A stretch of 64,000 nt of DNA from assembly GCA_050942735.1 (NCBI GenBank), contig JBMNNW010000012.1, positions 1,053 to 65,052 on the forward strand, written 5' to 3'. Positions 18,503 through 28,006 of the stretch are shown here, one piece after another; position 1 is the first letter of the stretch; each line of letters opens with the position of its first letter. This stretch comes from Armatimonadota bacterium. Lineage in GTDB: Bacteria; Armatimonadota; Zipacnadia; Zipacnadales; UBA5352. The translations under genes were made by a program, and so were the position numbers. The notes below the pieces were generated by a model that saw nothing but the letters and a program-made list of their open reading frames with translations, had not been told where the DNA came from and did not search any database.

Positions 18503-19285
18503 TCACCCTGCGAAGGCCCGCAGCACCGCGTCCATGTACGTCGCCATCACCCGCGTGATCTGCCCGATGTTGTGCAGCAACATCGGCATGCCCACCGCCG
18601 CGATCGCGAAGGCGAGTGCGATCTTCGCCGGGATGCCGACAAGGAAGACGTTGATCTGCGGCACCGCCCGCGCGACCAGCCCCAGCGCGAGGTCCGCCAG
18701 CAAGAGCGCGACCATCACCGGGCCGGCGACCCTCAGCCCGAGCACGAGCAGACTCGTGCCGAGGTTCGAGACCAGCGCCGCGAGGTCGGCGCCGAGCGTG
18801 ATGCCGCCGACGGGCACGATCGCGAAGCTGTCCGCCACGCCGCGCAGAAGCCAGTGGTGGCCGTCGAGCGTGACGAAGAAGATCAGCGCGAGCATGTAGT
18901 ACCCGGTGCTGAGGATCCCCGAGTGCGCGCCGCTGACCGGGTCGAAGAGCTGCCCCGCGCGCAGGCCGATCTGCAGATCGAGCATCTCGCCGCCGAAGCG
19001 CAGTGCCTCCAGCACCGCCGAGACCACGAAGCCCAGCGCGATCCCGAACCCCAGCTCCGCCGCGCACACGGCGACGTACACGATCGGCTGATCGGTCTGA
19101 GGGGCCGAGCTAGTCGCCACCGGCGCGATCACCACCGCGAGCGCGAGCGCGAGGGCGACGCGCACCGGGACCGGGGCCTGCTGGTAGCTCAGTCCGGGCG
19201 CGACCGCCGCCAGCCCCACGACTCGGAGTCCGGCCGGCAGAAGGTCCGCCGCCTGCTCGATCAGCAGCACGAACACTTCGATCAT
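18503..19285 (-). CDS. fliR: Flagellar export protein FliR
   Basis: Multi-TM protein; LDGHHWLL, VARAVPQINVFLVGIPAK. Confidence 0.93.
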   Translation of the reverse strand: MIEVFVLLIEQAADLLPAGLRVVGLAAVAPGLSYQQAPVPVRVALALALAVVIAPVATSSAPQTDQPIVYVAVCAAELGFGIALGFVVSAVLEALRFGGEMLDLQIGLRAGQLFDPVSGAHSGILSTGYYMLALIFFVTLDGHHWLLRGVADSFAIVPVGGITLGADLAALVSNLGTSLLVLGLRVAGPVMVALLLADLALGLVARAVPQINVFLVGIPAKIALAFAIAAVGMPMLLHNIGQITRVMATYMDAVLRAFAG

Positions 19286-21344
19286 GCGGGCACCTCCACC
19301 GTCTCCGGCTCCAGCGCGATGGCCCCGCGCGCCCGCAAAGTCAACTCGGGCACGATCTCGGCGTGGGAGAGCACGGTCACGTCGGGGAAGCTGCGGCGGA
19401 CCAGTGCGCGCAGGTGCCGGCGGATCGGCGGCGAGGTAAGGATGACCGGGGCACTCCCCCGAGCCCCCAGCTCCTCCGCCGCCGACTGCACCGAGCGCAG
19501 CATGGCGTGGAGCGCCGCCGGGTCGAGCAGGCAGCTCTGCCCCTGAGGAGTCTCGACGATCGATTCTGCGACCAGCGCCTCAAGTTCGGGGTCGAGCACG
19601 TACGCGGCGAGCGTTTCTCCGTCGCGAAGCTGCTCACAGATAGTGCGGGCGAGGGCCGCGCGCACGTACTCCGCCGCCGCCATCAGATCGCCCGAGGCCC
19701 GCAGGCCGTCCGCGAGGGCCTCGACGATCGTGGACATATCCGCGATCGGCACGCCCTCATCCAGCAGCGCCTGCAGCACCTGATGGAGCTGGCCGACCGA
19801 CGCCATCTCCGGGATCAGCTCGTTGACCGCCGCCGGGTTTGTCTGCCGCAGCTCATCGAGCATCACCTGCACGTCCTGGCGGCTGACCAGCTCGGGTGCG
19901 TGCGCCTTTATCAGCTCGCTCAGGTGCGTCGCCAGCACGACCTCCGGCTCGACGACGGTGTATCCCCGCGCCTCCGCGAGCGTCCGCTGCTCGGCATCGA
20001 TCCACCACGCCGGCAGCCCGAATGCGGGCTCGATGATGCTGGTGCCCGGGAGTTCGTCGAGGCCCTCCCGGGTGGCGATCGCCATCATCCGCGACGGCTG
20101 CAGGCCACCCTCGGCGATGCGCGCTCCGCGCAGCCGCACCACGTAGGCGTTAGGGCGCAAAGTCATGTCGTCCTGGATGCGCACCGGCGGGACCAGCAAC
20201 CCCATCTCCGATGCGATCTGCGCGCGGATCGCCCCGATCCGCTGCAGCAGCGAGCCGCGGCGGCTTTCATCGACCAGCTCGATCAACCCGAATCCGATCT
20301 GCACCGCGAGTCTGTCCGGCGCCGAGACGGCGGCCGTCCGATCATCCGGCGGTGTGTCCTCGGCGGCCTCCCTCGCGGCCTCATCCTCGTGACCACCGGC
20401 CCGGCGGACGAGCCACGCGAGGACTCCCGCGGTGGTGCCGACCGCGAGGAAGCTCAGCGTGGGCAGGCCCGGCACCATCGCGAAGACCACCAGCATGATC
20501 CCGACGATTCCGACTGCCCGCGGCTGGGCGAGCACCTGCGTGATCACGTCGGTGCCGAGGTCGTGCTCGGAGGCCGAACGCGTGACGGCGAGGCCGGTCG
20601 CGGTGGAGATCAGCAGCGCCGGGATCTGACTGACGAGGCCATCGCCGACCGTGAGCAGCGCGTAACGCTGGAGCGCCTCTCTCGGCTCAAGCGACAGCCG
20701 CGTCATGCCGATGATGAGGCCGGCGATGATGTTGATGACAACGATGATGATCGCGGCGATGGCGTCGCCGCGCACGAACTTGGTGGCGCCGTCCATCGCG
20801 CCGAAGAAGTCTGCCTCGCGTTCGATGGTGCGGCGGCGCTCGCGGGCCTCGTCCTCGGTGACCAACCCCGCCGAGAGGTCCGCATCGATCGCCATCTGCT
20901 TGCCGGGCATCTCGTCGAGGGTGAAGCGCGCCGCCACCTCCGCCACGCGCTGCGAGCCGCTGGTGATGACCACGAACTGAATGATCACGAGGATGAGGAA
21001 GAGGATGAGCCCGACCACAGGTCGCCGCCGACGACGAAGTTGCCGAAGGCCTCGATGACCTTCCCGGCGTGGGCGTTGAGGAGGATCAGACGCGTCGAGG
21101 AGATATTCAGCGCGAGGCGGAAGAGCGTCGCCACCAGCAGCACCGACGGGAAGACCGCGAACTCCAGCGGCTCCCGCACGTACATCGCCACCAGCAGGAT
21201 GCACAATGCGACGCCGAAGTTGACCGTCAGCAGCAGGTCAAGCACCGCGTCGGGCAGCGGAATCAGCATCATCGCCACGAGGCCGATGATCCCGACCGCG
21301 ATCATCGCGTCGGTCTGCCGCAGCGCACGCCCGAGGATCGACAC
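19282..21344 (-). pseudogene. flhA: FlhA with a single-base frameshift near 21018-21019
   Basis: N-terminal frame reads ...VIEAFGNFVVGGDL then continues out of frame; conserved VVGLILFLILVIIQFVVIT...RFTLDEMPGKQM is in the next frame; adding one G (CTG GTG) restores FlhA. Confidence 0.88.
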
Positions 21345-21346
21345 GA

Positions 21347-22054
21347 TCAGCCACCCGCCCCCGCGCGTAGTCTCCCCGCGATCCGCGCCCGGATGCTCGC
21401 GGCCGCACGACCGTAGAACTCCTGCGCTCGCCCGGGCGTGATCTGCAGCAGTGCGGCGATCTCCGGGAAGCTCAGCCCGTCCTCGAAGTACAGCGTCAGG
21501 AGCCGCCGCTGATCCTCCGGCAGCGCCGAGACGGCCCCCACCAGCGCGCCGCCGCCTCCCTCGTGCGGCCGACCGGGCAGCAGCAACTCGGGACTGACGC
21601 CGAAGACCAGCCCGGCCTCGGCGAAGCGCTCGGCAAGCCGCCCCTCGTCGAGGCCGAGGGCGCGCGCGACCTCGCGATCCTCGCTCACGTCCGGGCAGCA
21701 TTCCGACAGCGCCGAGCACAGCGGCGCGATGCGGCACGGCCACGCCGCCTCGAACCACGAGCTTGACAGCGCCCACGCGCGCATGCCGCCAACCACCCGG
21801 CCCATCACATCGCTCTCAGGCGTCAGCTCTCCGGTGCGGCCGTCAGCAAGCTCCAGCACGGTCACGAGGCCCTGGCTCATCAGCAGACCCTCGTCGAGCC
21901 ACGGTGAGATGCGCGCGCCCAGCCGCCCCATCGCAACCCGCACAAGCGCCGTCAGCGGGCGGAGGGCCTCGCAGTCACGGGTGACGATGAGCGGCTCTCC
22001 GCCACCCTCGCCGGAACTTCGCTCGCCTCGCCTCTGAGTTGTGCCTCGTGCCAT
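21347..22054 (-). CDS. Degenerate FliA-like sigma factor paralog
   Basis: Region-4 HTH LPEDQRRLLTLYFEDGLSFPEIAALLQIT; N-terminal part collinear with FliA region 2 but missing its conserved motifs. Confidence 0.65.
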   Translation of the reverse strand: MARGTTQRRGERSSGEGGGEPLIVTRDCEALRPLTALVRVAMGRLGARISPWLDEGLLMSQGLVTVLELADGRTGELTPESDVMGRVVGGMRAWALSSSWFEAAWPCRIAPLCSALSECCPDVSEDREVARALGLDEGRLAERFAEAGLVFGVSPELLLPGRPHEGGGGALVGAVSALPEDQRRLLTLYFEDGLSFPEIAALLQITPGRAQEFYGRAAASIRARIAGRLRAGAGG

Positions 22055-22092
22055 CTCGACTCTCCCACCCGGTCCGCTCAGATGCCCGCCCG

Positions 22093-22362
22093 TCATTGCA
22101 CGTAGCGCGGGATGTTCGTCAGAAGCTCGGTCGTGAACCCGGCCAGCGAGCGAAGCATCCACGAACCGCAGGCCAGCACCGTCAGGCCGATCGCCACGAT
22201 CTTCGGGACGAATGTGAGCGTCATCTCCTGCACCTGCGTCACCGCCTGCACAATCCCCACCAACACGCCGATCAGCAGGGCAACGCCCAGCACCGGCCCG
22301 CCGAGCTTGAGCGTCGCGATGAACATGTCCCGCGCGAGGTTCACGTAGATGTCCGTCGGCAC
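22093..22362 (-). CDS. fliQ: Flagellar export protein FliQ
   Basis: GILVGIVQAVTQVQEMTLTFVPK-type motif (GVLVGIVQAVTQVQEMTLTFVPK). Confidence 0.95.
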   Translation of the reverse strand: MPTDIYVNLARDMFIATLKLGGPVLGVALLIGVLVGIVQAVTQVQEMTLTFVPKIVAIGLTVLACGSWMLRSLAGFTTELLTNIPRYVQ

Positions 22363-22384
22363 GATCGCATCGCCTCCTCCGCGC

Positions 22385-23143
22385 TCAGCCGAAGCTGAGC
22401 ACCACCGACTGCGTGAGCAGATACCACCCGTCCACCATCACGAAGAGCAGGATCTTGACCGGCAGTGAGATCATCACCGGTGGGACCATCAGCATCCCCA
22501 TCGACATCAGCGCGCTCGCCACCACCAGGTCGATCACGAGGAAGGGCACGAAGAGCACGAAGCCGATCTGAAAGGCGGACTTGAGTTCACTTATGACGAA
22601 GCCGGGCATCAGGATGTGAAAGGGAACATCCTCGGGCCTCGCCGGACGCGCATGGTCGGAGATCTCGTAGAACAACGCGAGGTCCTTCTCCCGCGTCTGC
22701 GCGAGCATGAAGCTCCGCAGCGGAAGCGCCGCGCGATCGAGCGCACTCTCGTAGCCGATCTCCCCCTCCAGATAGGGGCGGACACCCTCCTCGTTGATCG
22801 CATCGAAGACCGGATGCATGACGAAGAGTGTCAGGAAGAGCGCGAGGCCGACCAGCACGGTGTTCGGCGGCGTCTGCTGCGTCCCCAGCGCCGTGCGCAG
22901 GAAGCTCAGCACGATCACGATCCGCGTGAACGACGTCAGCGTCATCAGCAGCGCCGGTGCCAGCGACAGGACTGTGAGGCCAAGCAGGATCCGCAGCGTC
23001 AGGACGATCTGCTCGGGCTGGTCGCTCGTCCACGCCTCCGGCAGCGCGGGCATCGCCGGCCCCTGCGCCGACGCCTCTCCGGCGAGCAGCAGCGTCACCG
23101 CCACCGCGCCCGCGACGGGCCAGCGACGTGCCCTCTCGCGCAT
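22385..23143 (-). CDS. fliP: Flagellar export protein FliP
   Basis: MTLTSFTRIVIVLSFLRTALGTQQTPPN, PGFVISELKSAFQIG. Confidence 0.97.
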   Translation of the reverse strand: MRERARRWPVAGAVAVTLLLAGEASAQGPAMPALPEAWTSDQPEQIVLTLRILLGLTVLSLAPALLMTLTSFTRIVIVLSFLRTALGTQQTPPNTVLVGLALFLTLFVMHPVFDAINEEGVRPYLEGEIGYESALDRAALPLRSFMLAQTREKDLALFYEISDHARPARPEDVPFHILMPGFVISELKSAFQIGFVLFVPFLVIDLVVASALMSMGMLMVPPVMISLPVKILLFVMVDGWYLLTQSVVLSFG

Positions 23144-23146
23144 CGT

Positions 23147-23749
23147 CTATCCCTGCTCCTGCAGCTCGCGCAGCAGGCGTCCGCGCCGTCGCTCCCAGCT
23201 CTCATCGCCGCCCTCGACCACGTCCGGGCGGACCGAGCGCGTCGAGATGCCCGCGCGCGCGACGTTCAGCTCGTCGGTCGAGCCATCCGCGCGTCTGCGC
23301 ACCGCGTGGTAGGCCGAGGGCCCCGTCGGCTCCCCGGTGACGTCCGCGATCTCGACGACGCTCCCGTCGCGGGCGGCCAGCAGGATCCGCCTTCCCTCGA
23401 CCTCGACGAGGTAGAGCCGCCCGTCCGCGCCCAGCGAAAGTGTCTCCTCCAGCCACATCCTGCGGCCGCCACGACCGCCCTCGCCGAGCGAGTTCAGGCG
23501 GCTGTGCTGCCACCAGCGGATCCCGCGGATCACGCCCCACGCGACCACCAGCGCCAGCATCAGCTTGCCCACCACGTCCACCACCGACAGCGACGCGGAC
23601 TGCGTCGCGGGATCGGCAAGGTACCCGCCCTCGTCAGACGGCGGGCCCGGTCGCTCAACGGAGCCCTCCTGTGCCGGCGCCGGGCCCACCGCAAGCGCCA
23701 CCGCCAGCACCAGTGTCAGCGCGAGTGTGCATGTTCTCACAACATTCAC
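23147..23749 (-). CDS. fliO: FliO-like protein
   Basis: Signal/TM segments then LEETLSLGADGRLYLVEVEGRRILL; located between fliN and fliP. Confidence 0.8.
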   Translation of the reverse strand: MNVVRTCTLALTLVLAVALAVGPAPAQEGSVERPGPPSDEGGYLADPATQSASLSVVDVVGKLMLALVVAWGVIRGIRWWQHSRLNSLGEGGRGGRRMWLEETLSLGADGRLYLVEVEGRRILLAARDGSVVEIADVTGEPTGPSAYHAVRRRADGSTDELNVARAGISTRSVRPDVVEGGDESWERRRGRLLRELQEQG

Positions 23750-24261
23750 CCTCCATCACGAGCGATCTCCAGCGTGCTCTCCGCGTCATCCACCAACTCG
23801 GTGATCCGGTAGCCGAACGTCTCGTTGATCACCACCACCTCGCCCCGGGCGAATACCCGTCCGTTGATCAGCAGGTCGATCGGCTCGCCGGGTATCCGGT
23901 CGATCGTGATGACCGAGCCGCCCTCGAGGCGCAGCACCTCCGCGAGCGGCATCTCAGTGCTGCCAAGCTCCACCGTCAGCGACAGCGGCACATCGAGCAT
24001 GCGGTGCAGATTCCGCCATCCTCCGGCGCCATCGTCGGCATCGGCCTGCCTCTCCGCCGGCTCCGGGCGGAGCTGGTGGACGAGGCCGTCCGTCGCCTCC
24101 GGGTGCGGCGTCCGGGGCTCCTCGCCCTGCGCTGAGGTCGTCGATTCACCATCCGGCTGCCGCGCCGGGGTGTCTTCGGGTCCGCCGGTCGTCTCAGGCA
24201 CCTGGATGTCCTCCTGTCTGCGACGCGATGGCGCGCGCCCACGCTGCTCCGGCGCGCTCAT
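23746..24261 (-). CDS. fliN: Flagellar motor switch protein FliN with long N-terminal extension
   Basis: SPOA domain MLDVPLSLTVELG...ARGEVVVINETFGYRITE. Confidence 0.92.
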   Translation of the reverse strand: MSAPEQRGRAPSRRRQEDIQVPETTGGPEDTPARQPDGESTTSAQGEEPRTPHPEATDGLVHQLRPEPAERQADADDGAGGWRNLHRMLDVPLSLTVELGSTEMPLAEVLRLEGGSVITIDRIPGEPIDLLINGRVFARGEVVVINETFGYRITELVDDAESTLEIARDGG

Positions 24262-24794
24262 TGCATCACGAAGGCGGTGAAGAGCACGTCATGCACGGTG
24301 TGCGTCTCAAGCGCGGCATCGAGCCTCTGCTGCAGCGTCGCCTTGAGCTTGCTGCGGTCCTCCTGGTCGCGCAGGCCCTCGAAGCTGTGGCTTGAGAGCA
24401 CCTCGATCGCAACGTCCCGCGCGTAGCGGTGGCTCGCGGGCGGCAGCTCGCGCGTCCCATCCGCTCGGTCTTCGGCATCTCCATGTCCGCCGCCGCCTCC
24501 TCCATCCCCGTGCTCGGCGACCACGACGATGCTGATCTCCGTCTGCAGGTACCGCAGCGTCCCGTCGGAGCTGCGCAGGTTCACGAGGAACTCCCCCAGC
24601 GACAGCGTCTCAGTGGCCGTGGCGGACGAACCCTCCTCGTTGCGTGAGGCCTCTGCCGACTTCGCCTCGCCGCCCGTGGCCGCCCGCAGCTTGCTCCACG
24701 CGAGGAAGCCTCCTCCGCCCAGCATCACTGCCGCCAGCATCAGCGCGATGAGCTTGAGCGCGCCAACTCCGGCTCGTGGACCGATCAGTCGCAT
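24258..24794 (-). CDS. fliL: Flagellar basal-body protein FliL
   Basis: N-terminal TM; LGEFLVNL..RYL; VLFTAFVMQ terminus. Confidence 0.88.
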   Translation of the reverse strand: MRLIGPRAGVGALKLIALMLAAVMLGGGGFLAWSKLRAATGGEAKSAEASRNEEGSSATATETLSLGEFLVNLRSSDGTLRYLQTEISIVVVAEHGDGGGGGGHGDAEDRADGTRELPPASHRYARDVAIEVLSSHSFEGLRDQEDRSKLKATLQQRLDAALETHTVHDVLFTAFVMQ

Positions 24795-25675
24795 CAGTGC
24801 ACTTCCCTTCGTGTGGTCGGGGCCGGCGCATCCACGCTCCGGCGTCCGGTGTGGTCGTAGTAACGCGCCCTCAGGTCGATCTCCGGCATGATGCGCACCG
24901 GCCGGAGGCGCAGGCTCCCGTCATCCTCGGAGGTTCCGGCGGGATCGAGAGGGCGCTGCGGCTCGTCGGCTCTGAGCACAACGATGTCAACGCGCCGGTT
25001 GCGCATCCGGCCCTCCTCTGAGTCGTTGGGCGCCACCGGCCTGGTGTCGGCGTATCCGACCGCCGAGATGTGATCGGGCTCGATGCCGCACGTGCGGATC
25101 AGGTGGACCATCACGCCGCTGGCGCGCGCCGCCGACAGCTCCCAGTTGGAGGGAAAGCGCGCGGTGTTGATGGGCAGGTCGCAGGTGTGCCCCTCGACCA
25201 GCACCGGCGCGTGTGACTCGCGCAGCGACGGGCCGAGCGCGTCGAGAATCTCCCGTGTCTCTTCGGTGAGGTCGGCCCGGCCCGCCGGGAAAGTCAGCGC
25301 GTCGGCCCTGAGGCTGACCGTGACCACGCCGTCCCTGTGCGTGATCGTGATACTCTCCCTCAGTTGATCGGACAGTCGCCCGTCGATCGCGCCCCTGATG
25401 TCGTTGATCAGTGCGGCGCGGTTGCCCCCGATGCCGCCGCCTCCCGCGAGAATGCCGTCGCTGCCGCCGAGCACACCGCCGCCCGCCGGGCCGTGAAAGA
25501 CGTCTCCGAGCGCCGACGCGACCGTCTCAAACTTCTTGAGGTCGAGCACTGAGAAGGAGTAGAGGACAATAAACACCGCCAGCAGCAGGGTGATCATATC
25601 CGCGTAGGTGATCAACCAGCGCTCGTCATGTCCGTGCTCCTCGTCATGCCGCGCGCGCCTGCTCAGCGTCACCAC
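24794..25675 (-). CDS. motB: Flagellar stator MotB
   Basis: RWLITYADMITLLLAVF, OmpA-like VEGHT, NWELSAARA, NRRVDI; start uncertain (GTG about 25675). Confidence 0.93.
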   Translation of the reverse strand: MVTLSRRARHDEEHGHDERWLITYADMITLLLAVFIVLYSFSVLDLKKFETVASALGDVFHGPAGGGVLGGSDGILAGGGGIGGNRAALINDIRGAIDGRLSDQLRESITITHRDGVVTVSLRADALTFPAGRADLTEETREILDALGPSLRESHAPVLVEGHTCDLPINTARFPSNWELSAARASGVMVHLIRTCGIEPDHISAVGYADTRPVAPNDSEEGRMRNRRVDIVVLRADEPQRPLDPAGTSEDDGSLRLRPVRIMPEIDLRARYYDHTGRRSVDAPAPTTRREVH

Positions 25676-26471
25676 CCCCGCTGATCCGTCCCGCGCCCTC
25701 GAGGTCGTCGCGATCGGCGGGCGGCAGGAACGACTTGAGCGTCTCCGCGACAAGGATCGGGTTGTCTCCGCGCTGGATGCTGCGGATGCCCTCGATCACG
25801 ATCTCGCGGCTGTGCTGCTCGACCTTGCTGATCGCCTTGAGCTTCCCGCCCAGCGGGATGAAGATGATGTTCGCGGAGGCCACGCCGTAAAGGCAGGCCA
25901 GGAACGCCGCGGCGATCGCCGGCCCGATCGAGCTTGGGTCGTCGAGCATCGCCATCACGTGGATAAGGTGCATGACGGTGCCGGTGACCCCCAGCGTCGG
26001 GGCCAGCGCGCCCATCGCCTCAAGCATCGTCACACCGGTGCGGTGGCGGTCGGCGAGCTGATCGACCTCGGTGTAAAGCACCTCCGTCACGGTCTCAGGG
26101 GCAGTGCCATCCGCGACCATCTGCAGGGCTCGGGCGAGGAAAGGATCGCTGTCCTCGAGCGCCGGAATCTCGCGCTCCAGGCCCAGGAACCCCTCGCGGC
26201 GCGCAAGCTGGGCCATCGCGACCATCGTCCGGCAGACACCCCGAGGGTCGGGCGGCTGCGCGAGGAACGCCCTGCTCACCGTCACCGGAAGGCGCTTGAT
26301 GTCCTCGAGGCGGAACATGATGGTCGCCGCGCCGAAGGTGCCGCCGAACACGATCATCGCCGCCGACAGATTCACCAGTGCGTCGAGGTGCCCGCCGTCG
26401 ATGACCGCCGAGCCCAGGATCATTCCGAATGCGACGATCAGTCCGATGATTGTCCCTGAGTTCACTGCCAC
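25644..26471 (-). CDS. motA: Flagellar stator MotA
   Basis: AAMIVFGGT, ARREGFLGLE, APTLGVTGTV, YGVASAN. Confidence 0.94.
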   Translation of the reverse strand: MAVNSGTIIGLIVAFGMILGSAVIDGGHLDALVNLSAAMIVFGGTFGAATIMFRLEDIKRLPVTVSRAFLAQPPDPRGVCRTMVAMAQLARREGFLGLEREIPALEDSDPFLARALQMVADGTAPETVTEVLYTEVDQLADRHRTGVTMLEAMGALAPTLGVTGTVMHLIHVMAMLDDPSSIGPAIAAAFLACLYGVASANIIFIPLGGKLKAISKVEQHSREIVIEGIRSIQRGDNPILVAETLKSFLPPADRDDLEGAGRISGGGDAEQARAA

Positions 26472-26514
26472 GCTGCTCCTTTGATGCCCGTCAGTGCGTC
26501 GCGGTCGTCAGGAT

Positions 26515-26748
26515 TCACTGCACCACTCGCCCCCACTGCGCGAGAGTGGCGGGCGTTCCGCCACCCTCATCACGCAGCGAGCGCAGGTACTCCACCGCCT
26601 CGGCAATCACGGTGTCCACATCCTCGCGCACCACGAAGGCGTTGCCGCTGGTGAGTGTGATGACGGTGTCGGGCACCGCTTCGATCCGCTCAACCAGCAG
26701 TGCGTTGATGACCAGTTCTCTGCCGTTCAGCGCCGTGAGGCGTATCAT
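26515..26748 (-). CDS. flbD: Flagellar protein FlbD
   Basis: MIRLTALNGRELVINALLVERIEAVPDTVITLTSG. Confidence 0.9.
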   Translation of the reverse strand: MIRLTALNGRELVINALLVERIEAVPDTVITLTSGNAFVVREDVDTVIAEAVEYLRSLRDEGGGTPATLAQWGRVVQ

Positions 26749-26762
26749 CGCGTCCTCCTCTC

Positions 26763-26778
26763 TGCAAGGCCCGTGCCG
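26763..26778 (-). promoter_or_regulatory. sigma54 promoter motif upstream of flbD-motAB
   Basis: CGGCACGGGCCTTGCA on the minus strand (GG-N10-GC), 8 nt after the flgE stop; predicted TSS falls only about 4 nt before the flbD ATG. Confidence 0.7.
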
Positions 26779-26785
26779 CCGGGCC

Positions 26786-28006
26786 CTACTGCATGAGCCG
26801 GACGACCTCGTCGAGCATCTGATTCGCGGTGGAGATCACCCGCGTTGAGGCCTGGAAGCCCCGCTGGGTCGTGATCATGTCCACAAACGCACGCGTCAGG
26901 TCCACGTTGGACATCTCGAGGTTGCGGGCTACCAAGCTCCCGCGCCCCCCGGTGTTCGAGGCCCCGACCGCCGCGGCGCCGGAGGCGGGTGCTTCGGTGA
27001 AGAGATTGCCGCCGATGCGCTGCAGGCCGCCGGGGTTGGCGAACGATGCCATCGCGATCTGCCCGAGCGCCCGCGTGCGGCCGTCGGAGTACTGTCCCTC
27101 AACCACGCCGCCGTCGCCGATCCCCACGCCTGTCAGAGACGAGGCGGGGCGCCCGTCCTGCGAATGCACCACCACCGAGTGCGCCTGCGCCAGCGCCGTG
27201 ACTGAGGCGAGGTCGAGGGTGACGCTCTGCGGTGAGGCCGCGCCGTTGGTCAGCGCGACGTCGAGGTTGAGCACTCCCCCGGCGCTGAGCCGCCCGGCGG
27301 TGTCGAACTGCAGGGTCCCGGTGGCGGTGCTGCCCTCGCAGAGGGCCTCGACCTGCCACTCGTTGACATTCGCGGTGTTGGTGAATGTGATCTCCACGGG
27401 GTGCATCTCTCCGAGCGAGTCGTAGATGGAGATGGTGCTGGCGACCGAGTCGCCGACGGCGGCGGTGGCGTCGAGGTTGCCCCTCAGCAGCGCGCCGCCG
27501 GTGGCCTCAGGTGGCGCGAGTTCGCCGATGTTGAAGCTCAGCGCTGAGATCGGCCCGGTCGCGTTCACCCCGCCGCTTGCGTCGGCCATCCAGCCCATCA
27601 CTTTCATCCCGCTGGCCGCGGCCACCAGGGTGTTGGTGTCATCGAGTGAGAATGAGCCGTCGCGGGAGTAGTACTGTCCCTGCCCGTCGCCGAGCACGAA
27701 CATGCCCTGTCCCTCGATCGCGCAGTCAAGCGGCTGACCGGTCGGCTCCAGCGACCCCTGCGTGTGCTGGACGGTGACCGACCCGAGTGAGACGCCCGAC
27801 CCGACCTGCATCGGATTCGCGCCGCCGATCCCGACGTCACTGCCCGATCGCCCGCCCTGCAGCGTCGCGTAGAGCGCGTCCTGGAAGGTCGTCCGGCCCT
27901 CCTTGTATGCCACCGTGTTGGCGTTGGCGATGTTGTTGCCGACGACGTCAAGTCGGCTCTGAAACGCCACGGTCCCCGACAGTCCTGAGAACAAAGCCCG
28001 GTTCAT
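26786..28006 (-). CDS. flgE: Flagellar hook protein FlgE
   Basis: MNRALFSGLSG, VVGNNIANANTVAYK, LEMSNVDLTRAFVDMITTQRGFQA. Confidence 0.95.
   Translation of the reverse strand: MNRALFSGLSGTVAFQSRLDVVGNNIANANTVAYKEGRTTFQDALYATLQGGRSGSDVGIGGANPMQVGSGVSLGSVTVQHTQGSLEPTGQPLDCAIEGQGMFVLGDGQGQYYSRDGSFSLDDTNTLVAAASGMKVMGWMADASGGVNATGPISALSFNIGELAPPEATGGALLRGNLDATAAVGDSVASTISIYDSLGEMHPVEITFTNTANVNEWQVEALCEGSTATGTLQFDTAGRLSAGGVLNLDVALTNGAASPQSVTLDLASVTALAQAHSVVVHSQDGRPASSLTGVGIGDGGVVEGQYSDGRTRALGQIAMASFANPGGLQRIGGNLFTEAPASGAAAVGASNTGGRGSLVARNLEMSNVDLTRAFVDMITTQRGFQASTRVISTANQMLDEVVRLMQ

Noticed and set aside
21005-21030. Programmed ribosomal frameshift or phase variation in flhA
   Set aside because: No X XXY YYZ slippery heptamer, homopolymer or short-unit repeat at the site
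19363-21441. 692-aa plus-strand ORF spanning the flhA lesion
   Set aside because: Antisense shadow of flhA; it does not explain the frameshift
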